From: a virus
Lineage: Duplodnaviria; Heunggongvirae; Uroviricota; Caudoviricetes
Direction: 5' to 3' (one strand)
DNA: 6,759 nt
Virus record (IMG/VR): IMGVR_UViG_3300012155_000195
The position numbers and the translations under genes were made by a program. Shown here piece by piece: positions 6,501-6,759 of this stretch; the first letter of the stretch is position 1; each line of letters begins with the position of its first letter. Below the pieces are notes generated by a model. It was not told the origin of the DNA and made no database searches. It was given only the letters and a program-made list of their open reading frames with translations.

Positions 6501-6692
6501 TTAAAGCCCTGCCGGGACTTCGTTATTATCCATGCGAATAACTTTATCGACCGGATAACAGTTACCGGGAATTTTCTGTTCCGCTGCAGCAGCCATGCAT
6601 TCTTTCATTGAGCCATATATACCAGTAACCACATCAACCGGTTCACCTGTATTAAGAAAAACTGTCAGAACGAGTGCAAATGCTGTATTCAT
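6501..6692 (-). CDS. Small hypothetical prophage protein (63 aa) with hydrophobic N-terminus
   Basis: ATG at 6692 with AAAGGA RBS 8 nt upstream. N-terminus MNTAFALVLTVFL looks like a signal peptide or membrane anchor. The ORF track extends it to 6746 but that extension lacks this support and reaches the window edge. Confidence 0.45.
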   Translation of the reverse strand: MNTAFALVLTVFLNTGEPVDVVTGIYGSMKECMAAAAEQKIPGNCYPVDKVIRMDNNEVPAGL

Positions 6693-6759
6693 TGTCAGCG
6701 TCCTTTTTGCATCAGGCGTAAACGGGCCAGCATTGAAACAATGCATATTTGATTTAATA

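Larger units (their letters stand above)
250..6759. mobile_element. Left arm of an integrated lambdoid prophage / prophage-like element (attL, cargo island, int, xis, early-left recombination genes); continues beyond the window
   Basis: Gene order and orientation (int-xis-exonuclease all transcribed toward att) match the lambda early-left operon. Intact integrase adjacent to a host gene boundary. Compositional discontinuity at about 250-260. Confidence 0.85.

Noticed and set aside
6693-6746. Upstream extension of the small minus-strand ORF to 6746
   Set aside because: The ATG at 6692 has a good RBS and starts a signal-peptide-like segment. The extension reaches the window edge and cannot be evaluated; kept as an alternative only.
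1-6759. CRISPR arrays, tRNA/tmRNA or rRNA genes
   Set aside because: No regularly spaced direct repeats of CRISPR type and no tRNA-like cloverleaf-sized conserved segments were seen. The integration target appears to be a protein-coding boundary (potB/potC), not a tRNA.

Overview
This 6.76-kb window is the left junction of an integrated lambdoid prophage (or prophage-like element) in an enterobacterial chromosome. Positions 1-249 (minus strand) encode the N-terminus of the host polyamine ABC permease PotC. Immediately upstream of its start codon the sequence switches to AT-rich foreign DNA carrying a putative attL core and arm-type repeats. From about 2.5 kb rightward the minus strand carries a lambda-like early-left module: tyrosine integrase (2527-3645), excisionase (3614-3883), an 821-aa exonuclease VIII-like mosaic protein with a C-terminal DnaQ-type DEDDh exonuclease domain (3945-6410), and a small ORF (6501-6692). 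Between the att junction and int sits a ~2.2-kb low-GC cargo island with a plus-strand, translationally coupled two-gene operon (611-1804 and 1804-2346). The first gene is an ABC-type P-loop ATPase (Walker A, LSRGT signature, Walker B, H-loop) and the second is a 180-aa protein with TOPRIM hallmarks (VEGETE glutamate motif, DSD aspartate motif). This split ATPase plus TOPRIM architecture is the OLD / PARIS / AbiL-type organisation of anti-phage systems, and its compact size and att-int hotspot location make it the main candidate for a novel or poorly described defense system. All calls come from reading the translations and sequence by eye; no database search or computation was possible.
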